Source of the DNA: a virus
Length of the DNA: 64,000 bases
Virus record (IMG/VR): IMGVR_UViG_3300017766_002362
Span: 7,785-71,784 of that record
Strand: one strand, 5' to 3'
In this document: positions 26,169-36,579 of the stretch, in pieces
Numbering within the stretch: the stretch's first letter is position 1
How the letters are laid out: every line of letters starts with the position of its first letter
Position numbers and translations under genes: made by a program
Notes under the pieces: generated by a model
The model's database searches: none
Told to the model about the DNA's origin: nothing
What the model saw: the letters and a program-made list of their open reading frames with translations, nothing else

Positions 26169-26939
26169 TCATCTTTCTATCATCGCATCATCTAAATTTA
26201 AATTTTTCCCTACTGTTTTCCAGTAGTGACGTATTATATAGTTACTAATAAGTTTACTTTCGTTAGCGTTTAAGTATTTTCCATCCACTGGATCTAAATT
26301 AAAATTATTCTCAAACAGTAATGGAAAATTGCAAACAGTGTTATAATTAAAAGATAAACAATTTTCAACGCAAGGATCATAGGCTCCATCTTGAGATGTT
26401 ATTCTATATTTGTTTTTACCAACATACAGAATATCTAGTAATCGTTTTACATGAGACCTTCTAAACATAAAAGAAGATCCCCACCATCGACCCCATCTAA
26501 AGTCTAATTGTAATTCGTCGATGGTAGAAGGTCTTATATCAGAAGACATTCTAATTAATTGCAAACATTCCCATTGTTTTGGTATTTTACTATAAAACTC
26601 TTCCCAAGTAAAATTCCAATGTTCTATGCTTTCGAAGGAAACATCATCTTCACAAAATATAGCATATTCTTCATCAGTATTATTGTACCAATCGTTCATA
26701 ATACTAACAAATGATATTGTTGCTCCAATGTGTAAGTTAGGAAGTGTTGTTTTGGTTGGAGTATCCACATCTACAGAAATGTCATCTTTAAATGTGACGT
26801 ATCTTGGCGTGGTAAAAATATTATACTTTATACCATATTTGATAAATTGATTGGTCATGTATTCCCTTCTGTCTACACTTTCTTCTAGATTAATCGTGTA
26901 AACAGAAGGGAATCCTTTCAACTTATCAGCATAACTCAT
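26169..26939 (-). CDS. Glycosyltransferase family 25-like
   Basis: YTINL..S.DRR, AIFCEDDV, W..LQL. Confidence 0.75.
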   Translation of the reverse strand: MSYADKLKGFPSVYTINLEESVDRREYMTNQFIKYGIKYNIFTTPRYVTFKDDISVDVDTPTKTTLPNLHIGATISFVSIMNDWYNNTDEEYAIFCEDDVSFESIEHWNFTWEEFYSKIPKQWECLQLIRMSSDIRPSTIDELQLDFRWGRWWGSSFMFRRSHVKRLLDILYVGKNKYRITSQDGAYDPCVENCLSFNYNTVCNFPLLFENNFNLDPVDGKYLNANESKLISNYIIRHYWKTVGKNLNLDDAMIER

Positions 26940-26940
26940 A

Positions 26941-28827
26941 TCAAATCTCACAAACTCCAGCAGAACATGCTAGTTCTTTTGCTGAAGTTGTTGTATCTGT
27001 TTCTTCCATAAACTCCACCCAGTTGATGTCAACGTTTTGGAGCGCAAGAAGTTCAGTATACTTCGCTTCATCAATTTCTTCATAAGGTGCTTGGCGATAA
27101 GAACCATTATCTCGTGGCAAGAATGAAACACCAGAGAGAATTGAAATATTCTTATAGACCCATGCACCAACTTCCATCCACTCATCATCACCAACGTATA
27201 CGGTGATTGATGGCTTGTGTTCACACCAGTGATCCTGATAGATCTTCCACAATTCCAACTGCTCGATGGCAGTCATATCATTGCGTGTAACAGAGTTCTT
27301 TGGGGCTTTCATTGGGAATGAGAACACCCAGTTAGATTTGCTGTAAAAATCTTCTTCAGCCTTGTATCCCTTGTCAATCATAAACTGAGCAAGAGGATCT
27401 TTCATATCAGCCCTAACTCTACGAATATAATATTGGGCATAGCGTGGGTGAATGCCTGAAGCGGAATCAACCAACTGTGATACAGTGCCTGAAGGTTTGA
27501 CGCAAGTAATTGCAGCCGACTGTGGAACACCAAGAGCGTCGGCGAATTCCTTATTCGTTTCAACGCAGTGTAGTCGAATAGCATCTAACGCATCCGCGAG
27601 TTTTTGTGACGGTTTATTTAGCAACTTGCTATCACAAATACCAGTAAGAGATACACCTAACAAACGCTCTTCATCACAATTATTTTTCCAACGTTTGTTG
27701 ATATAACGGAAATCTGTAAGCATTGACTGAAGTGTGCCGATAATTGTAGCAAGACGAGCCTTGCGCTTCAATGAATCAACATCATCGTTTGCGCGAACAA
27801 CGATTTCAGAAAGATTACAAAACTCAAACGGACGCAAGATAATTTCAGAGCAAGGATTAGTGCCGAACTCATGCTTTGGATCGCGACGACCATTCTTTGT
27901 AGCAACAGCCTGTGATGCAGCACGCGAGAAGATACCACGCTCACCTGACTTGGACATATAGAGAGCATGCCATTCATTCATGAATGTGTCCATGTCTACT
28001 TGTTTATCGTACACCGCCGAAATGTTTGCCAATGCACGCTGCCCGTTGTGCGTCCACCAGTCACCTGACTTTGCATGACGCAAGTGGTCATCGTTGAGGT
28101 CGGTAAGAGAAATGAGAGCAGAACGGCGAACACCACCGCAAACAACAATGTCAGCAATTTTGCATACAATGTCATGACATTCCAACGTGGTCAACTTTCT
28201 ACCACGAGCCTTTTGAAAAATGTTAAGAGTAAATTTGATGAGATCAACAAATGGTTCTGGTCCAGAAGCACGACCACCGAATGTCTTAAGACGCTCACCT
28301 GCTGGGCGAACTTTTGATACATCCCACTTTGGAATCTTTCCAGAATACAAAAGCGAAATGATTTCACGATATGCTGAAGCCCAACCAATTTTTGAGTCGG
28401 CGACAACAACAGTTGTGTCTGAATCGTGCAACTCTTCTGGAACTTCAGGAAGTTTGTTCGTGTACTTTGATTCAACAGAAAAACCTACACCAGTTCCGCA
28501 CATCAAAATATACATGATTTCGTCGAATGCTTTTGTGTTATCAATGGCGACATAGGAGCAATTATATCCAGCCACTTGATCTTTTTCCAAAGCAGGTCCA
28601 GCAGTCATCAAGCAACGCATTGATGGCATGACTTCGAGATTAATAATTGCTGAACGCAACTCATCCCAAGGAACCTTCTTATTATTGTTTGTTTTGTTCT
28701 TAAAATAACTGATGTAGCGATCTACGGTCTCATCCCACGTTTCGCGACGACCAAGTTCATCGTTGAATCTTGCGTAACGTGAAATATGAATAAAATCTTG
28801 ATAGATACTTGGTAATCTTGTAGCCAT
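26941..28827 (-). CDS. nrdJ: Class II (adenosylcobalamin-dependent) ribonucleotide reductase
   Basis: PSMR, YNCSY, GTGVGFS, GTNPCSEI, CNLSE, TCVKPSGTVSQL, C-terminal CxxGxCE. Confidence 0.92.
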   Translation of the reverse strand: MATRLPSIYQDFIHISRYARFNDELGRRETWDETVDRYISYFKNKTNNNKKVPWDELRSAIINLEVMPSMRCLMTAGPALEKDQVAGYNCSYVAIDNTKAFDEIMYILMCGTGVGFSVESKYTNKLPEVPEELHDSDTTVVVADSKIGWASAYREIISLLYSGKIPKWDVSKVRPAGERLKTFGGRASGPEPFVDLIKFTLNIFQKARGRKLTTLECHDIVCKIADIVVCGGVRRSALISLTDLNDDHLRHAKSGDWWTHNGQRALANISAVYDKQVDMDTFMNEWHALYMSKSGERGIFSRAASQAVATKNGRRDPKHEFGTNPCSEIILRPFEFCNLSEIVVRANDDVDSLKRKARLATIIGTLQSMLTDFRYINKRWKNNCDEERLLGVSLTGICDSKLLNKPSQKLADALDAIRLHCVETNKEFADALGVPQSAAITCVKPSGTVSQLVDSASGIHPRYAQYYIRRVRADMKDPLAQFMIDKGYKAEEDFYSKSNWVFSFPMKAPKNSVTRNDMTAIEQLELWKIYQDHWCEHKPSITVYVGDDEWMEVGAWVYKNISILSGVSFLPRDNGSYRQAPYEEIDEAKYTELLALQNVDINWVEFMEETDTTTSAKELACSAGVCEI

Positions 28828-28839
28828 GATTGCTCCTTG

Positions 28840-29502
28840 TTATTCTTTTGTTATAAATTCGTTTGATAGTGGAAAAACCTCAGCAATCACTTTCGCGCAT
28901 TCTTTAGCAATTTCCATATGTTCCCTTTGAGTGCCATTAGCACTTCGGAGTTGTATATAGTGAATCCAGGATCTTAATGTACCGTTCATGTACATACGAG
29001 ACATAATTAATCCTTCTGGAAGAACTGCTCTAGCCTGTTCTTTTGCTATGCCGTTTCTTACAGCCCAACGATAAGTGTTTTCTGCAAGCGCAATTAGATC
29101 ACGTTGACGCGCATCCCATTCATATTGTAGCATGATGTCAACACCATCAACGATAGAATTTTGACGATTCTTCGGATCTTGTAAACGCGCTTGACGTGTT
29201 ACAAATTTTAGATCGTTTGTCGGGTCAGCATAACGCTGAGAAAATTCTTGAAACGAAAAACTACGATGACGTAGAATTTGTCTGGCAATGTCGCGTGTTG
29301 TTTCTATTTCTAAAACAACATTACACAACTCTAGTGGAGACCAATGCTGATGTTTGACCAAATATTTGATCAACTTTTCTGCAGTGTCACTATTTATTTG
29401 ATTAGAGGGATTGGACACTCTTGCGCAGAAGGCTACAAGGTCCGTTGGTGTGTCCAATCCCTCAAGAACTGGCTTGCTATAAGAAATCAATTTTACTTTC
29501 AT
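28840..29502 (-). CDS. thyX: Flavin-dependent thymidylate synthase
   Basis: HWSPLE, QILRHRSFSFQEFSQRY, EQARAVLP. Confidence 0.95.
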   Translation of the reverse strand: MKVKLISYSKPVLEGLDTPTDLVAFCARVSNPSNQINSDTAEKLIKYLVKHQHWSPLELCNVVLEIETTRDIARQILRHRSFSFQEFSQRYADPTNDLKFVTRQARLQDPKNRQNSIVDGVDIMLQYEWDARQRDLIALAENTYRWAVRNGIAKEQARAVLPEGLIMSRMYMNGTLRSWIHYIQLRSANGTQREHMEIAKECAKVIAEVFPLSNEFITKE

Positions 29503-29504
29503 GA

Positions 29505-29762
29505 TTATTCGCTCGCTACATTAAATACTTGTACTTGTTTTGGTTTAATTTCCTTTGTGCCACCTTGCGCGGCGAGAGTTTGTGCTCGAACGTATGCATC
29601 AGTATACTCTGCATGGGTGCTGTCGTCAAACCACCACCACTGATCAAAATAATACTTTGGTTTGCGCTTGTACTCAACATACCACATGTTGTTGTAGTGA
29701 GAAAGGCGCACTTGTACTATTGGATTTAAAACAATTTCTAAACCTTGATCTGATAGTGTCAT
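29505..29762 (-). CDS. Hypothetical protein
   Basis: 85-aa ORF between primase and thyX. Confidence 0.6.
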   Translation of the reverse strand: MTLSDQGLEIVLNPIVQVRLSHYNNMWYVEYKRKPKYYFDQWWWFDDSTHAEYTDAYVRAQTLAAQGGTKEIKPKQVQVFNVASE

Positions 29763-29763
29763 C

Positions 29764-30843
29764 TTAGCACCTTTTCCAATGCATAAACTTCAGTTTGGCA
29801 GACAACCCACTGAATGTATTGTTATCTATAATACTCTTTATTTCTTCTTCTGTCAAGCCATTTTGTATCATATCATTTATATCTTTGCCCTTAGTATTTT
29901 CAGGGAAAAGACAAACACTGTAACCTTTATCGATCGACTTCTCAATTTGTTTTACAATGTCACGATTGCGTGGCTCATTATCATAAACAAGAACTACATC
30001 TAGTTCTGGAAAAACTGTTGCCACGCCGCCCAAATTACTATCACCAGAGGCAATACTATTCTTGACAAAATAAGAATCAAACTGCCCTTCCAAGACATAG
30101 ATACGTTCTTGCTTACGCAAGCGATGCAATCCAAACACCTTCTTCTCATCTGTTATTTTGACCGTAACGTAACGAATCTTGGTATCAGACAATGCCCTTC
30201 CTGCGACGTTGGTAATCTCACCCTTTTCGTTAGTATAAAGGAGAACTACACGATCGTCGTTTGGAACCTCTTCTTTGCCATGTTCTGGAAATTCTTCATC
30301 GAGAAAGTCTTTGAACTTGGAAACAAATAATATCTCTTCCCAATAATTCTTAGGAATCTTTCTCTTTTTTATATAGTCGCGAGCATAGTGCTCTTCGGGT
30401 AAATTTGCTACACTATAATGTGTAAACGCTCGCCATGTTCTCTCCAGTTTTTCAGATTCTGCTGAATCTCCTCTGGAGTTGTTGAGAGAAGACTGGAACC
30501 TGGAGTGGGCGTTTCCCTTGAGTTGTTCGAAATCAGGCTTTTTGATGTTAGAGCCGTATCCTGTTTCACCAGTTGAGTATCGTTCCAGGATGTACTGCTT
30601 ATAGGATGTACCATCGACGTGCTCCAGAAACTTCGCAAACGTCGTAGACTTGCCGCAATTGTGGCAGATGAAGAAGTAGTCGTTTGACTTGCGATAAACA
30701 TAGCCTCGTGCCTTCAGTTTATTTTTCTTCGAATCACCGCAATAGGGACAACGAAAGTTATACAGATCAGTGCTCTTTTGCTTGAACTGTTCTAACTTCG
30801 ATGATACAAAACCAAGAAATTTTCTATCAATATAAATTGACAT
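29764..30843 (-). CDS. T4 gp61-like DNA primase
   Basis: NFRCPYCGDS...CHNCG Zn finger; EGQFDS, YDNEPRN, KDINDM TOPRIM motifs. Confidence 0.93.
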   Translation of the reverse strand: MSIYIDRKFLGFVSSKLEQFKQKSTDLYNFRCPYCGDSKKNKLKARGYVYRKSNDYFFICHNCGKSTTFAKFLEHVDGTSYKQYILERYSTGETGYGSNIKKPDFEQLKGNAHSRFQSSLNNSRGDSAESEKLERTWRAFTHYSVANLPEEHYARDYIKKRKIPKNYWEEILFVSKFKDFLDEEFPEHGKEEVPNDDRVVLLYTNEKGEITNVAGRALSDTKIRYVTVKITDEKKVFGLHRLRKQERIYVLEGQFDSYFVKNSIASGDSNLGGVATVFPELDVVLVYDNEPRNRDIVKQIEKSIDKGYSVCLFPENTKGKDINDMIQNGLTEEEIKSIIDNNTFSGLSAKLKFMHWKRC

Positions 30844-30881
30844 AATGTAAAATTATTCACCAACGGACTCATCATTATATA

Positions 30882-31226
30882 CTATTTGATCTCGAAAGGC
30901 AACCCGACTCGAGATAAAATCCATCCAACAACAGCAGCGCCACCAATAACAATCCAGCGCCACTTGTTTAAATCTTCGATCTTTTGTTTTTCAACTTCGT
31001 GTTGATCAGCCATATCTTTGCGAAGAGATTTAATTTCATCCATGATAGAGACTTCAATCTCTTCAATCTTCTTATGGACTTCACGGAGTTCGTCATTATG
31101 CTGCTTCTCAAGTTTATCAAGAGTTCTATCGAACTTCTCATATATTACTGAGAAGAAAGAAATCTTCTCTCTCATTGCAGCGACCTCAGTCTCTATTTTA
31201 CTGAGTTTGCTCTCAAAGTCAATCAT
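30882..31226 (-). CDS. Coiled-coil protein with C-terminal TM segment
   Basis: Heptads followed by KWRWIVIGGAAVVGW. Confidence 0.7.
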   Translation of the reverse strand: MIDFESKLSKIETEVAAMREKISFFSVIYEKFDRTLDKLEKQHNDELREVHKKIEEIEVSIMDEIKSLRKDMADQHEVEKQKIEDLNKWRWIVIGGAAVVGWILSRVGLPFEIK

Positions 31227-31419
31227 TTTCTTCTATCCCAAAATGGTGTTTTAAAAGATATGCTCTTGTTTTATTATTTTTATTATTGCAAATCTCACCA
31301 CTCACTTTAGTTTCCCATATAAATGGGAATAATCCATGCACTAATAACATAAACGCCCATTTCCATGCGCGAAATAAATGCTTTACATATGATGTATTAT
31401 TGTCCTGTAGGTGGGACAT
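31219..31419 (-). CDS. Small hypothetical protein
   Basis: MSHL...SYVKHL..AW....LLVHGLFPF. Confidence 0.6.
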   Translation of the reverse strand: MSHLQDNNTSYVKHLFRAWKWAFMLLVHGLFPFIWETKVSGEICNNKNNKTRAYLLKHHFGIEEND

Positions 31420-31573
31420 TTTGAGTAGGCGCAGGAACAATTGTTTTTAATGATTTAGGTGGAGTCATTAATTCTTTTGGCGGCTCAGGCATTTCAATTT
31501 TTGGCACCAAACGTGTTAATGGATTTCCGCATCCAACAAGAAACAAGAAAGAAAGTGCTACAAGATATTTCAT
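31397..31573 (-). CDS. Putative o-spanin (Rz1-like lipoprotein)
   Basis: LVGC lipobox, Pro-rich mature part, directly after i-spanin candidate. Confidence 0.7.
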   Translation of the reverse strand: MKYLVALSFLFLVGCGNPLTRLVPKIEMPEPPKELMTPPKSLKTIVPAPTQNVPPTGQ

Positions 31574-32124
31574 TGTGCTGCCTCCTTTTTCTTCCATGGC
31601 ATATCTGGTAGTTTAATATCTAAACCGCGATCTGCATTTTGTTTGTCAACAGATGCTTTGGTCTCAAGAATCCAAGACTGAAGTGATACCAACTGCTGCG
31701 CGTTTTGCAAGCAAACAGAATAATTAGCAAGAACAGTTCCGAGTGCTTGATTGTCTTTTACGGCAGAATCAGTATCATCTGTTGTCATTTCAGGATTAAG
31801 TTCCTCACCCTTTACACTCGTGTCGTGTAAGTAAACCCAACCATTTGTGAGATTAAACTTGCCAGGAACTTGTTTTTCTGCAGCATCGCGATAGATTGTC
31901 TCTTTCTGAGTGACAACTTTAATCTTGTCAACATACTCAGTGACAACTCGTTCTTTGATGTTGGCTTGTTCTTTTTCAAGTTCAATTTTCAATTGTTCTG
32001 CTTCATTTGCAGCCTTTTGAATCATGACTTCGCCTTGATCTGTGCCTTTCTTATAGCCAGCAGCAAATGCGCCGCCGACAATAAAAATCACTGCAAGGAT
32101 CTTATATGGTAATGGTATAAGCAT
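31570..32124 (-). CDS. Putative i-spanin (Rz-like)
   Basis: N-terminal TM, coiled coil, GWV.LHD, NY..C..NA.QL..LQ.W. Confidence 0.7.
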   Translation of the reverse strand: MLIPLPYKILAVIFIVGGAFAAGYKKGTDQGEVMIQKAANEAEQLKIELEKEQANIKERVVTEYVDKIKVVTQKETIYRDAAEKQVPGKFNLTNGWVYLHDTSVKGEELNPEMTTDDTDSAVKDNQALGTVLANYSVCLQNAQQLVSLQSWILETKASVDKQNADRGLDIKLPDMPWKKKEAAQ

Positions 32125-32294
32125 AATTTAATCTCTTGGCCAAATGTTACTTTCAACTGCATCATTCAACCACATGCTTGCTCCCAATAATTTGGAGTAT
32201 GTCCAGTATGTGGCATTAGAAAGCCATAAGAATACAGCAGCCAACCACTTGAACAAGTAGATGAACGGGATTGCGAATGGCTCTAATATGAACA

Positions 32295-32714
32295 TCAATC
32301 ACACCAGCTGGCTTTCTTTTCGCCAAAGTATGCGCGAGCGTGACCATTTTTGATTAGAAGTTCTGAAAGTTTCTGACCATCAATAATAACGTCACCAAGC
32401 ACACGTCCACCAAACTTGTCGTGCTCTTTCAATTCGATTTGAATTGACTTTGCATTTGCGACTAGGTTTTTGGTGAAGGCACTTGCTGCTTCGGCAGCAG
32501 CTGCTTCTTTTGGGCAACCAGCACGCGCTCCTTTTTCTGGAGTGTCGACACCCAAGACACGCAAACTGAGTTGCGGCTTGAGTGGCTTTGGCATGAATGG
32601 CGCTTCAAAGACTACAGTGTCACCGTCAGCAACCTTAATGATTTTATAGTCATAAGGGTTCGCAAGCGCAAGCGATGAAAATGTTAGCGCAAATAATGCT
32701 ATTAACTTCTTCAT
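32295..32714 (-). CDS. Thermonuclease (SNase-like) with signal peptide
   Basis: V.DGDT, LRV.GVDTPE, DKFGGRVLG, L...GHA..Y. Confidence 0.88.
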   Translation of the reverse strand: MKKLIALFALTFSSLALANPYDYKIIKVADGDTVVFEAPFMPKPLKPQLSLRVLGVDTPEKGARAGCPKEAAAAEAASAFTKNLVANAKSIQIELKEHDKFGGRVLGDVIIDGQKLSELLIKNGHARAYFGEKKASWCD

Positions 32715-33172
32715 GCCTTTGGTGCCTTTGGCTTGCGTGCTTTCTTGACTTTCTCAACAGCAACTTCAGCAACCTTTGTTGCCTCAGCCTTTGCTTCAAC
32801 AGCAACTTCTTTAGCGGCATGTAAAACATCTTTGTGATCGACGACACCATCATCGTTCTTGTCTGGGTCTTTGATCAACTTCCAGGCAATCCAACCAGCA
32901 ACAACAAGTAGTAATAAAACAAGTAATGTACCCATGATTATCTCCTATTATTTTTTAGCAAATTTTTCTACAACAGTAGTACCAAGTCCAGCAATAACAA
33001 TCATCATCATTGAATCATACATATTTTTATCGACACTTAGACCAAAAAACATATTTAATAAAAACGCAAGAGCAACCAAAAACGTCGCAAGTGTTGTAAT
33101 AACACGCTTAGATGAAACAGAACCATCTGCGCCATCGGCGACCATTGATCTTAAACCTGCTAATAGACTCAT
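32711..33172 (-). CDS. Two small membrane proteins (32711-32935; 32948-33172, holin-like 2-TM)
   Basis: Hydrophobic segments; DKNDDGVVD EF-hand-like loop; SSKR motif before TM. Confidence 0.6.
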
Positions 33173-33323
33173 TTTTTGTCTCCTATTACATTTCTCGCAA
33201 TTTTTACGAAATCCATATACTTTATCGCGACATAATAGTCATGAGTCAGTATAAGAATCCTATTACGAAAACTCACAATGTATCGCTTTGGTTCATTGCG
33301 GAGACATAATGTTTCCATCATTC

Positions 33324-33863
33324 TTATTTAGCCAACGGATTTTCCCATGCTTTCTGAATCTTCTCGTCGACTTTCTTTTCCAGTTCCTTCAATTTAGCGT
33401 CTGTTTCGCGCTCGATCGTTCTCAATCGGGCATTCATATCGCGATCTGTGACGCCAACGAAACCACGAACTTCCTTATCGAGTTCGCGATTGCGTCTTTC
33501 GGCTGCATCTACATCGGCTTGGAGGCTATCAATGTCGCCCTTTAGATCTGAACGAACGTCGCGGAGAATGTCGCCGCTCTCGTCGACCATGACAACTGCA
33601 TTATCGACGCGCTCTTCCATCTTGGTGATGCGCTCTTGGATTGCAGATAGGTCAGGTGCAACATACTCCTGAATCTGTTGCTTCATATCCATGTAATCTT
33701 TATAGAACTCAAATGCGCCATAAAGACCGCCCAATACTGAAGAAACAATGCCACCAGCGATCATTAATTTTGCTGGGGTAAAACTGTACCCACCAATGCT
33801 GATGACCGTATTTGGATCAACTGCTGCTTCTAGTTTATCTACCTTCTCGTCTAAATCGCTCAT
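33324..33863 (-). CDS. Membrane-anchored coiled-coil protein
   Basis: TM segment then heptads, ends ENPLAK. Confidence 0.7.
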   Translation of the reverse strand: MSDLDEKVDKLEAAVDPNTVISIGGYSFTPAKLMIAGGIVSSVLGGLYGAFEFYKDYMDMKQQIQEYVAPDLSAIQERITKMEERVDNAVVMVDESGDILRDVRSDLKGDIDSLQADVDAAERRNRELDKEVRGFVGVTDRDMNARLRTIERETDAKLKELEKKVDEKIQKAWENPLAK

Positions 33864-33886
33864 TTGTATTGCTCCTTGTCTATACT

Positions 33887-34330
33887 TTATCTAGTTATAA
33901 TATAAGCAAATCCAAAAATTATGCCAACAAGCATAAAAAATAAAATTCCTACACAAACCATTAATGTAATTTCTTCTTGCTTTTGCGCGGCTTCAATGTC
34001 AGCGCGACGCTTTGCTTGCGCCGCTGCTAATTCCATCTGCGCATGCATTTTTTGAAACTTTACCCAATCATCCCATAATCCAGGTCGTCCAGCAATCAAC
34101 ATATAGTCTTTAAGTTCTTTTTCTTTCCTTCGCACTTCTTCTAATGCAAAAAATTCTTCTAGTCGACTACGCTCATTTGCAGGTGTTTCAATAACTTTCT
34201 TTTCTAACTTTCGCTTACCTTCAAAAAACTTTCCTAATTGACCTGCGCAATCACCTAATTCTCTGCCGTTAGAGACAACCTCTTTGATAACCGCATATGC
34301 AGCATTGATTGCTGCGAGTTCTGCTAACAT
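33887..34330 (-). CDS. Protein with C-terminal TM segment
   Basis: MLAELAAINAA...GRPGLWDDW; hydrophobic C-terminus. Confidence 0.7.
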   Translation of the reverse strand: MLAELAAINAAYAVIKEVVSNGRELGDCAGQLGKFFEGKRKLEKKVIETPANERSRLEEFFALEEVRRKEKELKDYMLIAGRPGLWDDWVKFQKMHAQMELAAAQAKRRADIEAAQKQEEITLMVCVGILFFMLVGIIFGFAYIITR

Positions 34331-36579
34331 TACTTGTACTGCTCTTCGACCATTTTTTTATATGTGTCAGTGTTTCCTTTTTCGAGAAAATACGAACCGC
34401 GAACATTATCTTTGATGATTACACCTTTGTAAATATCCTCTGGTTTATAAAACGGCACATCTTGAAGTCTTTGCGAGAGATATGAACTTACATCTGCTTC
34501 TGCGCCAATTGCTGCTACGATACCTGATTGATCAGCGTCCATGTAGTTTGCATTAATTGCATCTTGTTGTTCTTTGTTCGCAGCAACTACTTGCTCGGCA
34601 CGAACTTCAGCATCAGACTTTTCAATTGGTTTTAACACACCAATAATTTCAAGATTCATCATGCTTGGTGGTTGATTAAACGTACTTGCCACGGCAAGTG
34701 CTGGATCAATCAATGCATTTGTTGTCTCGGCATCTTTTGCAGACTCATCATCAAACTTTTGCTCTGATGATGCAACAGCCGCCGCAACGATGTTTAGTGC
34801 TTCAGCCTCTTGAGCCTCTGCCGTTACTGTTTGATCAGCATTCTCAGCCATCATTTCTTTACCAACATCAAAACTCATTTCAGCAGATGCTTCTGCTTGT
34901 AACGTTGCTTCGGCAACTACGGTTTCGGTTGTTGTTTCAGTCGCTTCAGCCAAAACAGTTGATTCTTGTGCCTGCGCTTCTTCAGCCGCTACAGTTTCTT
35001 CTGATTGAGTTGCTGTAGATGAACTATCGCTGGCAACCATTGATGCATCGGCTGAAGTTGCTGATACTGATTCAGCCTCTGCGACGGATTCATTTGCAGA
35101 TGCTTCCGTTCCAGCAAGAGTTGCAGCCAATGCTTCTTGCCCCAACGCTCTACCTGTTTCCAAAAGTTCAGCAGAGGCATCACCTTCATTTGATGCCAAA
35201 GCAACTTCTTCGTTTGCTGTTTCGCTTGATGGCGCTGCCTCAGCAACTGCAGTTTCAGAAGTTTCATTTGCAGTTTTTGATGATGAAGAAGATGCAGTAG
35301 TTGATGTTGTTTCGCCAGCAACGCTTCCTGCAGCAGTTACATCAGCAGCAATTGATAGCGCAGCCTCAAGAACATCTTTTGAAATTGAGTCAGATAGCAC
35401 TGATGCCTTTTCTTCGTTTTCTAATGTCTTGGCTACAGCAACAGTTTCAACAACTTCCTCTTCATCATCATCAATTGCTTCTTCATCAGCAAGCAACTCT
35501 TCAAGATCTTCATCAATCATTTCTTCATCAGCAATTTCTTCAGCGACAAGAACTTCTTCTGCGACTGAATCGTCTACTGTTTCTTCTTCATCTTCAGTAA
35601 ATGCATCTGAACCGTCATCTGAACCACTGTCAAATCCAGTATCAGCAAGCATTTCTTCATCAATAGCATCACTTGTTATACTGTCAATAATACAAGTTGG
35701 ATCAGTTGGGTCAGTGGCGCAATCGACTTCAGCAACAGATGGTGGTATATTACTACCGAATGAGCAACTTTTAACAACACCACCAATTGGATCACTGCCC
35801 CAGTCGCCATTAGTACAAGCATACGTTCCTGCTTGAAATTCTTGATAGATGTAAACACCATCAGCACCATATCTTACAACACCTGGTTCAGTGAGTGTAA
35901 ACAATTCATTTTCACCAGCCAATCTTTCCCAATATAAAAAATCTGTTGGAGGTGGTGCCGCAGCATATGTTAAACTTAAATCAAGACTTCTAACTTGCGG
36001 ACCATAGTAGCCAGCCCAAAATCTATCATCTTTACCTGTAAAACTAATTTGTATTCGACCAATTTCAGATATATCGTATGGATTAGTAAAACTTATTTCA
36101 CCGCCAAATAATGTCCAACCATTTGTGGTTTGTCCTAATTGAAAATTAAAATCTTCTAGGATATTGTTGTTTGGATCATAAAATTTAATGGCTGCGGACA
36201 ACGTACCCCTGCTAAACTCTTGGTTAAAATATTCCCAACTATATTTGAAACTGTTTATTTGAGTTCCGTTTCCTGGAAACTCACTTGTATCAAATAAGTT
36301 GTAATTTACTGTGCCCTGCGCATAACCAAATATAAAAGTTCCTGTTTGACTATTATACGCAGGAACGTTACCACCTGACAAACCACCACCACTTGTATTG
36401 AAGTTAACGAATCCAGTCCAAGTATAATTTGTTCCCTGTGGTGGAGGGTTCAATGTAGTATAAATTAAATTCTCAGTTTCACCAGTGGGAGGTGATGCTG
36501 GAATGTATGGACCAGGAGTGTACTCCTGCGCGAACGCAGGAGCCACTGCTAATAAAAGTAGAGCGAGAAGTCGCTTCAT
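34330..36579 (-). CDS. Secreted acidic protein (beta-sandwich N-domain, long Glu/Ala/Ser/Thr region)
   Basis: Signal peptide AFA; DDRFWAGYYGPQV; 749 aa. Confidence 0.75.
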   Translation of the reverse strand: MKRLLALLLLAVAPAFAQEYTPGPYIPASPPTGETENLIYTTLNPPPQGTNYTWTGFVNFNTSGGGLSGGNVPAYNSQTGTFIFGYAQGTVNYNLFDTSEFPGNGTQINSFKYSWEYFNQEFSRGTLSAAIKFYDPNNNILEDFNFQLGQTTNGWTLFGGEISFTNPYDISEIGRIQISFTGKDDRFWAGYYGPQVRSLDLSLTYAAAPPPTDFLYWERLAGENELFTLTEPGVVRYGADGVYIYQEFQAGTYACTNGDWGSDPIGGVVKSCSFGSNIPPSVAEVDCATDPTDPTCIIDSITSDAIDEEMLADTGFDSGSDDGSDAFTEDEEETVDDSVAEEVLVAEEIADEEMIDEDLEELLADEEAIDDDEEEVVETVAVAKTLENEEKASVLSDSISKDVLEAALSIAADVTAAGSVAGETTSTTASSSSSKTANETSETAVAEAAPSSETANEEVALASNEGDASAELLETGRALGQEALAATLAGTEASANESVAEAESVSATSADASMVASDSSSTATQSEETVAAEEAQAQESTVLAEATETTTETVVAEATLQAEASAEMSFDVGKEMMAENADQTVTAEAQEAEALNIVAAAVASSEQKFDDESAKDAETTNALIDPALAVASTFNQPPSMMNLEIIGVLKPIEKSDAEVRAEQVVAANKEQQDAINANYMDADQSGIVAAIGAEADVSSYLSQRLQDVPFYKPEDIYKGVIIKDNVRGSYFLEKGNTDTYKKMVEEQYK

